Assembly: GCA_002316805.1 (NCBI GenBank)
Contig: DCEF01000010.1
Location: 137,687 to 201,686 of the forward strand
DNA length: 64,000 nucleotides
From: Ruminococcaceae bacterium UBA1036
Lineage (GTDB): Bacteria; Bacillota; Clostridia; Oscillospirales; Acutalibacteraceae
Direction of reading: 5' to 3'
Each line of letters starts with the position of its first letter. Within the stretch, counting starts at the first letter, position 1. Made by a program: the position numbers and the translations under genes. Shown here in pieces: positions 39,152-48,590 of this stretch. The notes beneath the pieces were generated by a model, which was not told the origin of the DNA, made no database searches, and was given only the letters and a program-made list of their open reading frames with translations.

Positions 39152-40423
39152 TTATACGCGGGCAAGGGCATCTTCAATATCTTCGAGTATATCGTTTATA
39201 TTTTCAATTCCAACAGACAGCCTTATCATGTTCGGGCTTATACCCGCAGCCGCAAGCTGCTTGTCGTCAAGCTGGCGGTGCGTTGTGCTCGCCGGGTGCA
39301 ACACGCAAGTCCGAAGGTCGGCCACATGTGTAACTATAGATGCAAGGTGAAGTCCCTCCATAAAGCGTATGGCGCCGCTGCGCCCACCCTTTGTGCCAAA
39401 AGAAATCACGCCGCTCGTGCCATGCGGCATATATTTTTTCGTAAGCGCATGGTATTTGTTGCTTTCAAGATCTGGATAATCCACCCACTCCACCTTGTCG
39501 CTCTTTTCAAGGTATTTGGCAACGGTAAGGGCATTAGAGCAGTGGCGCTCCATGCGCAGGGCAAGTGTTTCAAGGCCGAGGTTGAGAAGGAACGCATTCG
39601 TCGGTGAAGCCTGTGCACCGATATCGCGCATCATGTGTACACGCGCTTTTGTAATATATGCAGCCCTGCCAAATGCCTTAGTATACACAAGGCCATGGTA
39701 AGACTCGTCAGGCTCTGTAAGGCCGGGAAATTTGCCGTTTTCCCAGTTGAAATTCCCGCTGTCGACTATTGCCCCGCCAACCTGCACAGCATGGCCGTCC
39801 ATATATTTTGTGGTGGAGTGTGTTACAATATCCGCGCCAAATTCAAACGGCCGGCAGTTGATTGGAGTCGGGAATGTATTGTCAACAATAAGGGGCACAC
39901 CGTGCGCATGGGCCGCCTTTGCAAACTTTTCAATGTCCGTAACTACAAGCGAGGGATTCGAAAGCGTTTCGGCAAAAACGCAGCGCGTGTTTGCCCTAAA
40001 AGCCGCCTTAAGCTCTTCTTCCGTGCAGTCTGGTGAAACGAACGTGCAATCAATGCCCATTTCATGCAATGTCTTGTTAAACAGGTTAAATGTTCCCCCG
40101 TAAATTGCCGCCGAGCTTATGATGTGGTCACCGCTGTGGCATATGTTGCAAACTGAAATAAATGAAGCCGCCTGGCCCGAAGAAGTCAGCATGGCACCGA
40201 CGCCGCCCTCAAGCACTGCGATTTTCTTTTCAACAGCATCTACCGTCGGGTTGCTGATGCGCGTATAGAAAAATCCGTTTGCCTTTAAGTCAAACAGGTC
40301 TCCCATTGCTTTGGCAGTATCATACTTGTATGTTGTGCTCTGCACAATAGGCAGGACACGCGGCTCACCATTTTTCGGCTCATAGCCGGCATGAATACAG
40401 TTTGTGTCGATTCGATATCCCAT
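39152..40423 (-). CDS. metY: O-acetylhomoserine sulfhydrylase (aminocarboxypropyltransferase)
   Basis: YTRISNPT, SSGQAA, VDNTF, HSTTKYMDGH (PLP Lys), HPASTTHRQL, IRLSVG. Confidence 0.9.
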   Translation of the reverse strand: MGYRIDTNCIHAGYEPKNGEPRVLPIVQSTTYKYDTAKAMGDLFDLKANGFFYTRISNPTVDAVEKKIAVLEGGVGAMLTSSGQAASFISVCNICHSGDHIISSAAIYGGTFNLFNKTLHEMGIDCTFVSPDCTEEELKAAFRANTRCVFAETLSNPSLVVTDIEKFAKAAHAHGVPLIVDNTFPTPINCRPFEFGADIVTHSTTKYMDGHAVQVGGAIVDSGNFNWENGKFPGLTEPDESYHGLVYTKAFGRAAYITKARVHMMRDIGAQASPTNAFLLNLGLETLALRMERHCSNALTVAKYLEKSDKVEWVDYPDLESNKYHALTKKYMPHGTSGVISFGTKGGRSGAIRFMEGLHLASIVTHVADLRTCVLHPASTTHRQLDDKQLAAAGISPNMIRLSVGIENINDILEDIEDALARV

Positions 40424-40479
40424 TTTACATTTCCTTCCTATACTTTTTAAGCCTCAGTGACAGCACCATACAGCGCCAT

Positions 40480-40986
40480 TTAAAAAAGACTCTTTATCCA
40501 TGCGGCAATAACATCAGACGCACTCACAACACCCCAAACCAAAAGCAGAAAGAGCAACGCGGAAATAATCCTCGCGGCAGTCTGTTTGCCATGGCTCAAA
40601 GGTGCTTGTGCCTTTTGCTTTTTACCTGACTCTTTGTCTGAAATATCTTCTTGCTCATTTTTATTGGGTTCGTCCTTAATTATGCCTATTCCATGCAGAA
40701 TATCTTCTGCATGCCCCATCTCTCCGTAAGGCACAAAAAGCCTTGTCTGGGATGCCTTGCTTTTGCCGAGAATCACCGGAGAAGCCCCTCCCAAATTCAT
40801 ATTGCGCTTCATATACGGAAGGCCAGCATCGTCAAATGCAGCCGAAATTTTCACTGCATTGTTCTCCCACACCGTAATCAGAAGTACGGGGTCATCGGGC
40901 TTGGGCGGCCTGAGTTTTGCGCTGCCGCAGACTGGACAGCTATTTTCGTCCCGGCAGAGTATCAGACAGTCCTCACAGTAAAGCAT
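40480..40986 (-). CDS. Hypothetical membrane-anchored protein with N-terminal zinc ribbon
   Basis: CEDC...CPVC at the N-terminus, C-terminal hydrophobic helix; SD GAGGTG. Confidence 0.75.
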   Translation of the reverse strand: MLYCEDCLILCRDENSCPVCGSAKLRPPKPDDPVLLITVWENNAVKISAAFDDAGLPYMKRNMNLGGASPVILGKSKASQTRLFVPYGEMGHAEDILHGIGIIKDEPNKNEQEDISDKESGKKQKAQAPLSHGKQTAARIISALLFLLLVWGVVSASDVIAAWIKSLF

Positions 40987-41017
40987 CAGCCACACCTCTT
41001 TATTTTGATTTTCCTGT

Positions 41018-41046
41018 ATTATAACACCCGCTGCATGGCATGACAA
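41018..41046 (-). promoter_or_regulatory. Sigma-A promoter of hypothetical gene-metY
   Basis: TTGTCA-17 bp-TATAAT with extended TG. Confidence 0.75.
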
Positions 41047-41069
41047 GTAAACATGCGGACTGTTTTTTA

Positions 41070-41657
41070 CTATTTGCCGGCCTCACTTCTAAGCAGGGGT
41101 TGAAGCTGCTTTCCATCTAATGCCGCAAGTGCCGCCGGCAGAATCAGGCTGAAATCCGATATAAGAGAAAATGGCTTACTTTTCGGGTTGTCCTGCTGCA
41201 TAGGCACAAAATAAATATTTTTCGTGTTAAGCAGCCCGCCGATGTTCCTTGCCGAAGCCGAAAGTGCGTCATTTGTAGCCGGAGCGATAACAACAGGCAA
41301 GCCAATGCGCAGGCACGATTTCACCGCCATCGTTACGGGTGTGTCGGTAATCCCGTTCGCAAGTTTTCCAAGCGTGTTGCCGGTGCATGGAGCGACTATC
41401 ATTAAATCTACACTATTGTGAGGGCCAATGGGTTCGGCTCCCTGAATGCTGTTAATCACCTTTCTGTGGCAGATGCTCTCAACCTCACCTATAAAATCAT
41501 CGGCGCGGCCAAACCTTGTGTCCATTGAAGCCGCATTAAATGACATTACCGGAAGGAGCGGATAGCCTTTCTCGGCAATGTTGCGCATCTCGTCTATTAC
41601 TCTGCGGAATGTGCAGAAAGAACCGCACATTGCAAAGCCGAATGTTTTTTTCTCCAT
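41070..41657 (-). CDS. dpaB: Dipicolinate synthase subunit B (SpoVFB)
   Basis: GFAMCGSFCT, TRFG, AEPIGP, APCTGNT, ATNDAL. Confidence 0.95.
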   Translation of the reverse strand: MEKKTFGFAMCGSFCTFRRVIDEMRNIAEKGYPLLPVMSFNAASMDTRFGRADDFIGEVESICHRKVINSIQGAEPIGPHNSVDLMIVAPCTGNTLGKLANGITDTPVTMAVKSCLRIGLPVVIAPATNDALSASARNIGGLLNTKNIYFVPMQQDNPKSKPFSLISDFSLILPAALAALDGKQLQPLLRSEAGK

Positions 41658-41663
41658 GCTATT

Positions 41664-42521
41664 TCACCTCTCCACCATGCGGCAAACAATATCACCGATT
41701 ATTTTACCCGCCGTTTTCGGCGCAGCGCGCCCAGGAAGCGAAAGCGCTGAGCAAGCCTTTATCCCGAATTCCTCCGCTGCTTCAAAATCAATGCCCCCCG
41801 GTGACGACGCGAGGTCAACCAAAATTGAGCATCCGCGCAAATATGAAAGCACCTGGCGTGTAAAAATCAAAGCCGGCACAGTATTGAAAATTATGTCGTA
41901 TATGCCTGACCTGCCAATCTGCTGCGTTTCAACAGAGCGGCAGCCCGAAGCCTCTATCCACGCGAGATCCTCCGGCGCCCGCGCCGACACCGTTACATTG
42001 GCATCAAGCCCTTTCATAACATGCATAAGCGCCCTGCCTAACCTGCCAAAGCCGGCTATAAGGCAGCGGCTCCCGCTTATAGTCCCAGGGTATCCGCGCA
42101 TGGCAATCTCAGCAGCACCTTCCGCAGTCGGCACGGCATTGCGAACCGCAAATTCTTCACATGCGCTGTAGTCGGTAGTATTAATCTCTCCCCATATGCT
42201 GCTCGTGCAAAAAAGGCGTTCCATTTTTCCGCCAAATACACGTTTTCCGCGCATTTTTTCAGCGAATATGTCATCAAGCACGATCGGCTCTGCGCTGTAC
42301 TCGGCTTTTAAATTGACGCCGTCGTCAGTGACAGGCAGCGGCAGAATAACCGGACCGCATTCTAAAGCCAGCTTTTCCAGTGATGACTTTTCCACACCAG
42401 CCGGAAGGAACGTTTTTTCAAATCCGCAGGCAAGCACCTTGCAACCTTTCTGCACAAGTGACTCTGCAAGGTATATCTGCCTGCGGTCGCCCCCAAGTAT
42501 GCCAAAAGCTCCTTTTTCCGT
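41664..42521 (-). CDS. dpaA: Dipicolinate synthase subunit A (SpoVFA); probable ACG start
   Basis: Frame extends upstream of the ORF-track start to ACG-EKGAFGILGGDRRQ; NAVPTAEG, GFGRLG, NTVP, DLASSPGGIDF, SLPGRAAP. Confidence 0.88.
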   Translation of the reverse strand, partial: TEKGAFGILGGDRRQIYLAESLVQKGCKVLACGFEKTFLPAGVEKSSLEKLALECGPVILPLPVTDDGVNLKAEYSAEPIVLDDIFAEKMRGKRVFGGKMERLFCTSSIWGEINTTDYSACEEFAVRNAVPTAEGAAEIAMRGYPGTISGSRCLIAGFGRLGRALMHVMKGLDANVTVSARAPEDLAWIEASGCRSVETQQIGRSGIYDIIFNTVPALIFTRQVLSYLRGCSILVDLASSPGGIDFEAAEEFGIKACSALSLPGRAAPKTAGKIIGDIVCRMVER

Positions 42522-42550
42522 TTTCAGTCACCTCCGAAATGTTCTGCCAT

Positions 42551-42580
42551 TATACTATGGCTTTGTGAAACCGACTGTGC
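42551..42580 (-). promoter_or_regulatory. Probable sigma-K promoter of dpaAB
   Basis: GCACA-16 bp-CATAGTATA matches the sigma-K pattern (ACA...CATAnnnTA); spoVF is sigma-K dependent in B. subtilis. Confidence 0.6.
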
Positions 42581-42727
42581 ATACGTCTGCAGCATGTATA
42601 AAATTTCACTTTTACGTTTGCAATTACGCGGAAAGATGTTTATTATTAATATGTTGGGCAATATATTAATTAGGAAAATCTGTATTTTTCCAAAATAATC
42701 TGCATATTTTAGAATAGGAGTAATTTT

Positions 42728-44119
42728 ATGGAATGTAATGACATTCTGTCTAAAGTCAAGAAAGTACATTTTGTAGGGATTGGCGGTTCAGGCATGTGCC
42801 CGATTGCCGAAATTCTTCTTCATAAGGGATACCAAATAACAGGTTCAGACACGGCAGAATCAGATACGCTTGCAAGGGTACGTGGCTATGGTGTTCCTGT
42901 CTCGATGGGGCAGAAAGCTGAAAATGTAAAAGGTGCCGAACTCGTTGTCTATTCAGCGGCAATAAAGCATGACAACCCTGAGCTTGTCGCAGCAAGGGAG
43001 CAAGGCATCCCTACTGTGGAGCGCTCCGTGATGCTCGGAATGGTAACACGTCGCTTCAAAAACTGCATTGCTGTTGCCGGGACACACGGAAAAACAACAA
43101 CTACCGCAATGATAACACAAATATTCCTTGAAGCCGGCCTTGATCCTTCAGCCATCATCGGCGGAAAACTTCCGCTTATAGGCAGCAACGGTCGGGTTGG
43201 AAAATCCGATACCATTGTCTGCGAAGCATGTGAATATGTCGATACTTTTCTTCAGCTGCACCCTTCCGTTTCCGTTATCCTCAATATTGACAATGACCAT
43301 CTTGACTATTTTGGCACTGTGGAAAACACCATACGGTCATTCCACAAGTTCTGCACGCAAACAAGTGGGACTATCATCGTAAACGGCGACGATACTAATG
43401 CCATGAAAGCCGTAAAAGGCATTGGCAAAGCCCGGGTCGTGACTTACGGCTTCCAGCCTACAAATGACTACAGTGCGGCAGATATACAGCCTACGCAGCG
43501 TGCACATGAAAAATTCAGCGTCTTTAAAGGCGGCAATAAAGCTACAGATATTTCCCTCAGCATTCCGGGCAAACACAACATATATAATGCCCTCGCGGCT
43601 TTTGCCGTCGCCGACCTTTTCGGCGTAAACACCGAAAACATTCAGAAAAGCCTACATGCATTTACGGGTGTGCACAGGCGTTTCGAAATGCTTGGGGATT
43701 TCGGCGGCGTAACTGTTGCTGATGACTTCGCGCATCACCCTACTGAAGTAACGGCAACGCTTACGGCGGCAAAGCAGATGGGCTTCAAGCGCGTGTGGGC
43801 AGTATTTCAGCCGCACACATATTCACGCACATATCTGCTTTTCAATGATTTTGTAAAAGCGTTGGGCATTGCCGACCGTGTTGTCCTTTCTGAGATTTTA
43901 GCCGTGAGAGAAACAAACACATATAATATATATTCTAAAGACCTCGCAGCAAAAATCCCCGGCTGCGTCTGGTTCAAGACATTTGAAGAAATTGCGGATT
44001 ATATGGTCAAAAATGCCGAAGACGGTGACCTTATTCTGACACTCGGCGGCGGCGATATCTATAAATGCGCGCACATGATTATTGAAAAATATAAAGCCAT
44101 GGGAAAACAGCAGGCGTAA
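42728..44119 (+). CDS. murC: UDP-N-acetylmuramate--L-alanine ligase
   Basis: HFVGIGGSGM, AGTHGKTTTT, EACEY, DHLD, DDFAHHPTE, FQPHTYSRT. Confidence 0.96.
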   Translation: MECNDILSKVKKVHFVGIGGSGMCPIAEILLHKGYQITGSDTAESDTLARVRGYGVPVSMGQKAENVKGAELVVYSAAIKHDNPELVAAREQGIPTVERSVMLGMVTRRFKNCIAVAGTHGKTTTTAMITQIFLEAGLDPSAIIGGKLPLIGSNGRVGKSDTIVCEACEYVDTFLQLHPSVSVILNIDNDHLDYFGTVENTIRSFHKFCTQTSGTIIVNGDDTNAMKAVKGIGKARVVTYGFQPTNDYSAADIQPTQRAHEKFSVFKGGNKATDISLSIPGKHNIYNALAAFAVADLFGVNTENIQKSLHAFTGVHRRFEMLGDFGGVTVADDFAHHPTEVTATLTAAKQMGFKRVWAVFQPHTYSRTYLLFNDFVKALGIADRVVLSEILAVRETNTYNIYSKDLAAKIPGCVWFKTFEEIADYMVKNAEDGDLILTLGGGDIYKCAHMIIEKYKAMGKQQA

Positions 44120-44206
44120 TATTACACGATGTGCCGTAGTAAACGTCCAAACTCTCGTGAAGCATTATTTTGTATGTTTTGCTGAGAGTTCTTTTAATGA
44201 AAGTAA

Positions 44207-44233
44207 TTAGCACTCATCTTAAAAGAGTGCTAA
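44207..44233. promoter_or_regulatory. CIRCE element (HrcA operator)
   Basis: Exact TTAGCACTC-N9-GAGTGCTAA upstream of the hsp20 pair. Confidence 0.95.
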
Positions 44234-44373
44234 AGTTAATAGTTTAGTAATATATTATCTATTTTTTATTAACAAGTCACGCCTATACTAAAAGCGTTGA
44301 AAGAAACGAGGGACAAAAGAATGAGCTCCTGAGTTTCAAAAAACAAAATTTAAAACAAATGGGGGTTTTAATT

Positions 44374-44805
44374 ATGTTTGATTTAATTCCTTTTGAACGC
44401 AACACTGGCAGCCTCTTTGATGCAGTCGACCGCATGATGGACGAAAGTTTCTTCGGCGGGTTGAGCAGGCAGTTTGCCCCCTGCCGCACAGACATTATTG
44501 ACGGAGGCGACAAATACCTTCTGAAAGCTGACTTGCCTGGATTTGACAAAGACGACATAAAGATCAGCATTCAGGACAATGTGCTCGACATCACCGCAGA
44601 GCGTAGAGAAAACAAAGACGATAAAGATAAAAAAGGAAATTACATCCGCAGAGAGAGAAGATATGATTCCTTCAGCCGCAGCTTCTCGCTTGATGGCATA
44701 GATGCCAGCAAGATAAATGCAAGTTACACAAACGGTGTGCTTAGCCTTGAGCTTCCGAAAGCTCAGGAAGAAAAACCTGAAATTCAGACCATTGAAGTCA
44801 AATAA
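44374..44805 (+). CDS. Hsp20/alpha-crystallin small heat shock protein (copy 1)
   Basis: ADLPGF.K.DI, YIRRER.Y.SF.RSF, ASYTNGVL.LELPK. Confidence 0.94.
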   Translation: MFDLIPFERNTGSLFDAVDRMMDESFFGGLSRQFAPCRTDIIDGGDKYLLKADLPGFDKDDIKISIQDNVLDITAERRENKDDKDKKGNYIRRERRYDSFSRSFSLDGIDASKINASYTNGVLSLELPKAQEEKPEIQTIEVK

Positions 44806-44915
44806 CCTGCATAATATTACTGGCGGCAGCAATGGTTTCTAAACACGGGTCTTTAGCGTTTTTCAGAAAACAAATAAATTAAAATAATAAATATAAGTAA
44901 GTGGAGGTATTGATT

Positions 44916-45347
44916 ATGTTTGATTTAATTCCTTTCGAGCGCAGGACCGGCAGCCTCTTTGACACGATAGACCATATGATGGATGAAAATTTCTTTGGGG
45001 ACATGAGCAAGCAGTTCGCCCCATGCCGCACAGATATCATAGACGAAGGCGACAAATATCTTTTGAAGGCCGACCTCCCTGGATTTAACAAGGATGACAT
45101 TAAAATCGGCATTAAAGGCGATGAGCTCGATATCACCGCCGAGCGCAAAGAGGAAAACAGCGACAAAGACAATAAAGGGAACTACATCCGCAGAGAGAGG
45201 AGATACGACTCTTTCTACCGCAGTTTCTCACTTGATGGCATAGACGCAGGCAAAATCAGTGCAAGCTATACAAATGGCGTTTTAAACCTTGAACTTCCCA
45301 AGATTCAGGAAACAAAGCCGGAAGTGCAGACTGTTGAAATTAAATAG
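44916..45347 (+). CDS. Hsp20/alpha-crystallin small heat shock protein (copy 2)
   Basis: Same motifs; 143 aa, 29 differences from copy 1 by manual count. Confidence 0.94.
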   Translation: MFDLIPFERRTGSLFDTIDHMMDENFFGDMSKQFAPCRTDIIDEGDKYLLKADLPGFNKDDIKIGIKGDELDITAERKEENSDKDNKGNYIRRERRYDSFYRSFSLDGIDAGKISASYTNGVLNLELPKIQETKPEVQTVEIK

Positions 45348-45365
45348 CCAAGAAGCCCATTAAAG

Positions 45366-45414
45366 AAAGAGCCCGGGAAGGATCCGCTTTAGCGGAAGCC
45401 CTCTCGGGTTCTTT
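45366..45414. terminator. Hairpin terminator between convergent hsp20 and bofA
   Basis: AAAGAGCCCGGGA...TCCGC-ttta-GCGGA...TCTCGGGTTCTTT. Confidence 0.65.
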
Positions 45415-45415
45415 A

Positions 45416-45691
45416 TTATCTAAAAACCAAATTTAGCAGAAGAAGAAGAGTAACACCAGGTATGCCCGCAACACTGGACACACCAATTGTCAGTGGGCTT
45501 AAAGGAAGGTTCACACCTGTGTATGCCCCTGTAATATTGACAACTGCAAGTGTGAGCAAGCCGGTAAATATTCCACCAATCGCATGCCGCACCGGCCGTT
45601 TGGATTTCATTGCAACCTGAACTGCCACAAGAAGCAAAAAAACTATGCAGCATATAGCTGCAACAAGCCATTTATCAGGCAAAAGCCACAC
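45416..45691 (-). CDS. bofA: Pro-sigmaK processing inhibitor BofA family protein
   Basis: Small hydrophobic protein, L.VVN..G..TGVNLPLSPLT....VAGIPG; downstream of yaaL as in B. subtilis. Confidence 0.8.
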   Translation of the reverse strand: MWLLPDKWLVAAICCIVFLLLVAVQVAMKSKRPVRHAIGGIFTGLLTLAVVNITGAYTGVNLPLSPLTIGVSSVAGIPGVTLLLLLNLVFR

Positions 45692-45708
45692 CTCGCTTGT
45701 CTTCTATT

Positions 45709-45960
45709 TCAGAAAGCGGCGCAGCTAACTCCATATTGCTTTGCAAGGCCCATAAGGTAGCGGTAACGTGCCTGAAGCTCTTCCCTCTGGTAAATGCATG
45801 CGTCTATCAGGTCACTGTCACATTCCGTCTGGAACCAGCATTCATTGTATGCAAGCATGCGGGAGATATGCTTGATTTCTGAAAGCAGCTTTTCCTTCTC
45901 TACTTCCTTCTTTTCAGCGGCACAGTCTGTGCGCTGAAGCAGCTTCAGTACAGATTCCAT
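45709..45960 (-). CDS. YaaL/DUF2508 family protein
   Basis: F...D.DLIDACIY....LQARYRYLM.LAK motif; next to bofA. Confidence 0.8.
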   Translation of the reverse strand: MESVLKLLQRTDCAAEKKEVEKEKLLSEIKHISRMLAYNECWFQTECDSDLIDACIYQREELQARYRYLMGLAKQYGVSCAAF

Positions 45961-45984
45961 ACTAACAACTCCGCCTTCCGGTTT

Positions 45985-46015
45985 ATATTTATGTTAGTAT
46001 GATGGACAATTATTC
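45985..46015 (-). promoter_or_regulatory. Possible sporulation (sigma-E-like) promoter of yaaL-bofA
   Basis: GAATA-17 bp-CATAAATAT. Confidence 0.4.
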
Positions 46016-46040
46016 CAGCAGTTATACGGATAAAAGAAAT

Positions 46041-48170
46041 TTATTTTTGCGTTTCACCCACATAGGTGAAGTCGATTTTTCCAGAAGCTACATCGGCACC
46101 AACCGCCTGTACCCGCATTGGTGTGCCTATAGTAATGCGGTTGCCCGTCCTTGCGTCGACCTGCGACAGGACGCCATCAAAACGGTAATCAGAATCCGGA
46201 AGGCTTTCTACAGGTACAAAGCCTTCTACTGAATTTTCAAGCCCAATAAATATACCGTGCTGTGTAACACCGCTGACAACCCCGTCGTACGTCTCACCTA
46301 TATGCTGTGTCATATACTCTGCCATATAGCAGTCTTCGGCACTACGCTCTGCAGACATGGCACGTATCTCAGCATCTGAAGACATCTTTGCGGCCTCCGC
46401 AGCAAAATCTGCAAAACGTTTCTGCAGATTTGCTTTGTCTTTTGTCTCAAGCATGGCTGAAAGTATCCTGTGTATTGAAGTGTCAGGATAGCGGCGTATA
46501 GGCGACGTAAAGTGGCAGTAATCTGCAAGTGCAAGGCCAAAATGGCCGAGCGGCTCAACATCATAGCGCGCTTTTGCCATTGTGCGCAGCAGCTGGTGCG
46601 AAACAACCTTCTGCACAGGCTTTCCTTTTGCCTGCTCCAGAATATTTTCAAAATCCTTTGGAGCAATTTTGCCATCGTGATGCTTAAGCGGCTGCGAATT
46701 AAGGCCGACTGCATCAATAAGCTGTATCAACGTCTTTACGCGCTCTGGATCTGGCCTTTCGTGCACACGGTATATAAATGGGATCTCTGAAGCCTTTGCA
46801 AGCTTAGCAGCTGCAGAATTAGCCGTTATCATCAGTGCCTCAATCATTTGCTCGGCTTGCCCACTTTTGCGCGGATGAACATCAACACATACTCCGTCTT
46901 CATTCAGTGTAAATTCAGGCTCCGTGCTTTCGAGGTCGACAACGCCGTTTTCAGCAAATCGTTTCTTCAAAATCAATGACAGTTCACGCGCAGCATGAAG
47001 CGAGTCAATTACAGGACTGTACTTCTGCCTCATATCTTCTCCTGCGGTCCCGTCAAAAAGGCTGTTAACTTCCGAGTAAACACCGCGTACTTTGGAGCAT
47101 ATCACCGATTTTCTGAACTTGTACGACAGCATATTTCCTTCCGCATCAAGTTCAATAAGTGCAGAAAAAGTCAGTTTGTCCTCTCCTGCATTAAGTGAGC
47201 ACACGCCGTTGGAAAGCGACTCGGGCAGCATCGGCACGACACGGTCAGCAAAATATACGGATGTGCCGCGGCTGCGCGCTTCCATATCAAGCGTCCCGCC
47301 CGGAGCAATATAGTGCGAAACATCGGCAATGTGGACACCGAGATGAAAAGACCCGTCCTCTGTTTTAATAACTGAAATGGCGTCATCCAAATCTTTTGCA
47401 CTCGCATCGTCTATAGTGCATACAGGAAGGTTGCGCAGGTCTACTCGGCCATTCAGGTCTTCAGGAGTTATTTTGCGTGAAGCCGCTTCCTGGGCCTCAT
47501 CAAGGGCCTCTTTTGAAAAGCCAGACACAATCCCATACTCATCGAGGATAGCATCCGCACATATCTTTGCGCTGCCAGCCTTCCCATAAATTTTTGCAAT
47601 CTCTGCTTGCATAACAGAAGAATGCGGTATCCTGTGAATTTCTGCCTGCACCTTATCGTTTTCTTTAGCTTTTGAAGCGCTTTCACGCGTTACAGGAAGC
47701 GAATAGCGCACAGCAATATCCGGCAGGAAGGCTGGCCTTCCTGCTTCCGTCCTAAAAGTGCCGGTTACAAGCCGACTGCTTTTTTCAGTTATAGATCTTA
47801 CCTCACCGCTCAGCCCTTTAATGCCCTGCTGCAGGTTGCCAAGCACTACCCTGTCGCCAACAAACGCGTTGTTGAGTTTGTCCGCATGTATAAAGACATC
47901 TGTCCCATTGTCCATGCGGGCAAAGGCAAAGCCTCTTGAAAGGGAAATCATGGTAGCTTCTGCCTGTGCGGTATCAGCCTTCTGCGGCAGGTAATACCAG
48001 CCTTTTTGTGTAACTGAAATTTTTCCTTCCGTTTTAAGCGAATTTAGAGCCGCAAAAAAATCTTTTTTGCCCTCAGGCCTGACATCCATTTTTTTTAGGA
48101 TACTGCGTACCGGCAGGCTCTGTGACGATATTTCAAGGCAGCGCAGTATTTTCTCTTTTGTAGTTTTCAA
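46041..48170 (-). CDS. rnr: Ribonuclease R
   Basis: TIDD..AKDLDDA, VHIADVS, RGTSVY, HFGLA...YCHFTSPIRRYPD, C-terminal S1. Confidence 0.95.
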   Translation of the reverse strand: MKTTKEKILRCLEISSQSLPVRSILKKMDVRPEGKKDFFAALNSLKTEGKISVTQKGWYYLPQKADTAQAEATMISLSRGFAFARMDNGTDVFIHADKLNNAFVGDRVVLGNLQQGIKGLSGEVRSITEKSSRLVTGTFRTEAGRPAFLPDIAVRYSLPVTRESASKAKENDKVQAEIHRIPHSSVMQAEIAKIYGKAGSAKICADAILDEYGIVSGFSKEALDEAQEAASRKITPEDLNGRVDLRNLPVCTIDDASAKDLDDAISVIKTEDGSFHLGVHIADVSHYIAPGGTLDMEARSRGTSVYFADRVVPMLPESLSNGVCSLNAGEDKLTFSALIELDAEGNMLSYKFRKSVICSKVRGVYSEVNSLFDGTAGEDMRQKYSPVIDSLHAARELSLILKKRFAENGVVDLESTEPEFTLNEDGVCVDVHPRKSGQAEQMIEALMITANSAAAKLAKASEIPFIYRVHERPDPERVKTLIQLIDAVGLNSQPLKHHDGKIAPKDFENILEQAKGKPVQKVVSHQLLRTMAKARYDVEPLGHFGLALADYCHFTSPIRRYPDTSIHRILSAMLETKDKANLQKRFADFAAEAAKMSSDAEIRAMSAERSAEDCYMAEYMTQHIGETYDGVVSGVTQHGIFIGLENSVEGFVPVESLPDSDYRFDGVLSQVDARTGNRITIGTPMRVQAVGADVASGKIDFTYVGETQK

Positions 48171-48197
48171 AATGTCCCCCCATATAATTTCTTATGC

Positions 48198-48225
48198 AAA
48201 AAAAGCTCCGCCTTTTCAGCGGAGC
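48198..48225 (-). terminator. Intrinsic terminator after secG
   Basis: GCTCCGC-loop-GCGGAGC followed by T7. Confidence 0.75.
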
Positions 48226-48237
48226 GGCTTGCTTTTC

Positions 48238-48489
48238 TTATTTCAGGAAAAAATACATATAAGTGTTAATAAGAATAACCAGCACAAAAAAGCCAATTGC
48301 AATGACTTTTGTCCATCTTGCCAAAAAAGCATCAACTGAACGCGCTTGGTTTTTTGAAAGGAACGTATCAGCACCGCCGGTAACGACACCAACATTCTCT
48401 TCATGGCCTTTCTGCATCAAAACAATAACAGTGATAGCAACAGAAAATACCATCAATATAATTCCAAGCACCAACTCTGCGGTAGACAT
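48238..48489 (-). CDS. secG: Preprotein translocase subunit SecG
   Basis: Two TM helices, VLMQ...G...GG, L.RWT; upstream of rnr. Confidence 0.9.
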   Translation of the reverse strand: MSTAELVLGIILMVFSVAITVIVLMQKGHEENVGVVTGGADTFLSKNQARSVDAFLARWTKVIAIGFFVLVILINTYMYFFLK

Positions 48490-48528
48490 ATCATACCCCC
48501 ACAATCATGAACTATTACCAATAAGTGA

Positions 48529-48557
48529 ATAATATCACAAAATGCAATTGTTTGCAA
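48529..48557 (-). promoter_or_regulatory. Sigma-A promoter of secG
   Basis: TTGCAA-17 bp-TATTAT with extended TG. Confidence 0.65.
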
Positions 48558-48590
48558 GGATTTTTACTATTTCTTTTTGCCGGTTTGATT

